Source of the DNA: a virus
Lineage: Duplodnaviria; Caudoviricetes
Length of the DNA: 37,345 nucleotides
IMG/VR virus record: IMGVR_UViG_3300048998_000108
Span: 1-37,345 of that record
Reading direction: 5' to 3' (one strand)
In this document: piece after piece, positions 36,012 through 37,345 of the stretch
How the letters are laid out: each line of letters opens with the position of its first letter
Position numbering within the stretch: the stretch's first letter is position 1
Position numbers and translations under genes: made by a program
The notes under the pieces: generated by a model
Databases searched by the model: none
Seen by the model: only the letters and a program-made list of their open reading frames with translations
Told to the model about the DNA's origin: nothing

Positions 36012-37315
36012 CATCCCCACGACCCGCCCGCGAGAAGAAAAAAGCGGGAACGCATTCGCACAAGCTCAAAACGCGCGAAGAGAAGTTAAACGACGCTCTG
36101 CGCGCCGCGCTCTCTCTCCACGAAGATAGCGAGGCGCGTTGGCGCACGTTAGTCTCAGGCACGGCAACGGACGCGCAAATCTGGCACGCCCTGCTCAAAG
36201 AGTTCGGCACGGGCGGCGGCTCGCAGACCGAAGGCGGCACTCAGTTCGCCTACCTCGGCGGAAGCCCGACGACACCGCCGAAGTTCTGGGTTGACTGCGG
36301 CTCGCACTACTCGACGCAGAAGCCGACGCTTGCGGGCGCGGCGTTGGTGAAGCGCGTGCGCGAGTTGCTCGCGATCCCGCCTTTCGACGCGGACAAGTTG
36401 AACGCGAGTGGTCGAGCATCGTCGGAAGCGGCGAGCGGCGACGACGAGTCGCACACGCACGAATTCGTCGCGCACGAGTTCACGCCGACGGCGCGCAGTA
36501 AGACGATGTGCGCGCTTTGCCATCGCGGGCGCAACGCCGAGCCGCACAAGACTTGGAAAGCCGCTCAAGCGAAGCTCGCCGAATCTGGCGATGGAGTACC
36601 GGAGGCGCACGAAGATTCTATTTATGCCGACGACGACTCGACGGCTCTGCTCGCGCGCACGGAAGAGGAACAACGCGAACGCTTCGACGATCTCGCGCTT
36701 GCCGAAGATGCGATCTCCAGCTTACGCAAGTCGAAGCGTCGGGAGAAGCTCGAAGAGGAGCGACGCAAGCTCTCCGAACTGTACGACGCGACCTACTCGG
36801 AAGTGTCAGCCGCTTTCGGCAACGACGCCGCGTTAGCGGTGCGCGAGAGAGTCGAGACGCCTTTCAATCCTCTCGACGACACCGCCGCATCTGGCGATGA
36901 CTCCGGAGCGCGGGACCTTACCGCCGCAAACGGCGATGCTTCAGATGCCCCTGCAACGCAGATTGCAGATGCGCCCGCCGTCTTCACGAAAGAAGTCGAG
37001 ATCGAGTTAAACGATCACGACATCGCGTCGCGCGCGAAAAAGCTCTCTTATCTGCGCGTGCAGATCGAAGAGTTGCTCGCGGAGAAGAAGAAGACCGACG
37101 ACGGCTACAAGGCGAAGATCGGCGGGCTCGAAGAGCAGTGCTTCGAGTTGTTCGCGGAGATTCGTCGGGGGCGCGTGACGGAAGAGGTAGAGGTTTACGA
37201 GCGTCGCGACTACGAGCGCAAAGTCGTCGAGACTCTGCGCGCCGAGACGAACGACGTGATTGACGCGCGAGCGATGCTACCGCGCGAGTTGCAGATGCCG
37301 CTCGTCAGTTTGTGA
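36008..37315 (+). CDS. Multidomain hypothetical protein, 435 aa
   Basis: ATGA overlap; H..H...CALC...H segment and C-terminal coiled coil. Confidence 0.75.
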   Translation: MTSPRPAREKKKAGTHSHKLKTREEKLNDALRAALSLHEDSEARWRTLVSGTATDAQIWHALLKEFGTGGGSQTEGGTQFAYLGGSPTTPPKFWVDCGSHYSTQKPTLAGAALVKRVRELLAIPPFDADKLNASGRASSEAASGDDESHTHEFVAHEFTPTARSKTMCALCHRGRNAEPHKTWKAAQAKLAESGDGVPEAHEDSIYADDDSTALLARTEEEQRERFDDLALAEDAISSLRKSKRREKLEEERRKLSELYDATYSEVSAAFGNDAALAVRERVETPFNPLDDTAASGDDSGARDLTAANGDASDAPATQIADAPAVFTKEVEIELNDHDIASRAKKLSYLRVQIEELLAEKKKTDDGYKAKIGGLEEQCFELFAEIRRGRVTEEVEVYERRDYERKVVETLRAETNDVIDARAMLPRELQMPLVSL

Positions 37316-37345
37316 TCAAGAGAGTCGGGGGGGGGTGTGGGTTAA

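Larger units (their letters stand above)
1..37345. mobile_element. Temperate tailed phage genome (siphovirus-like), apparently complete and circularly permuted
   Basis: Terminase, portal, capsid, tail tube, tape measure, integrase and a cI/cro switch are all present. The integrase is internal with phage genes on both sides, the + strand early operon runs off the right end and resumes at the left end, and no tail sheath or host genes are seen. Confidence 0.93.

Overview
The window looks like an essentially complete ~37 kb temperate tailed-phage genome (siphovirus-like), circularly permuted, with no flanking host genes. Order on the + strand: end of the early/replication operon (fragmented replication initiator, interrupted C5 DNA methyltransferase, small ORFs, wHTH regulator); an AT-rich control region; a holin-like gene and three signal-peptide proteins; TerS, TerL, portal, head morphogenesis, scaffold, major capsid, neck, tail tube, chaperones, tape measure and tail tip/fibre genes; an N6-adenine MTase. 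On the - strand follow a large serine integrase, a membrane protein and a split CI repressor (HTH + S24), then on + cro and the early right operon (RecT-like). Main observations: (1) a dispersed 16-bp imperfect palindrome (about TCGCYGRAAnTGRCGA), 17 good copies plus a weaker one, densest around and inside the TRD-less adenine MTase, one of them in its sigma70 promoter; (2) a 401-bp hairpin-ended IS200/IS605-like element carrying only an unknown cargo gene, inserted without duplication in the C5 MTase, whose precise removal restores the ORF; (3) a probable second MTase subunit in an overlapping frame; (4) exported proteins where a lysis cassette is expected, with no recognisable endolysin. Protein calls come from motif recognition and synteny only; no database searches were run.
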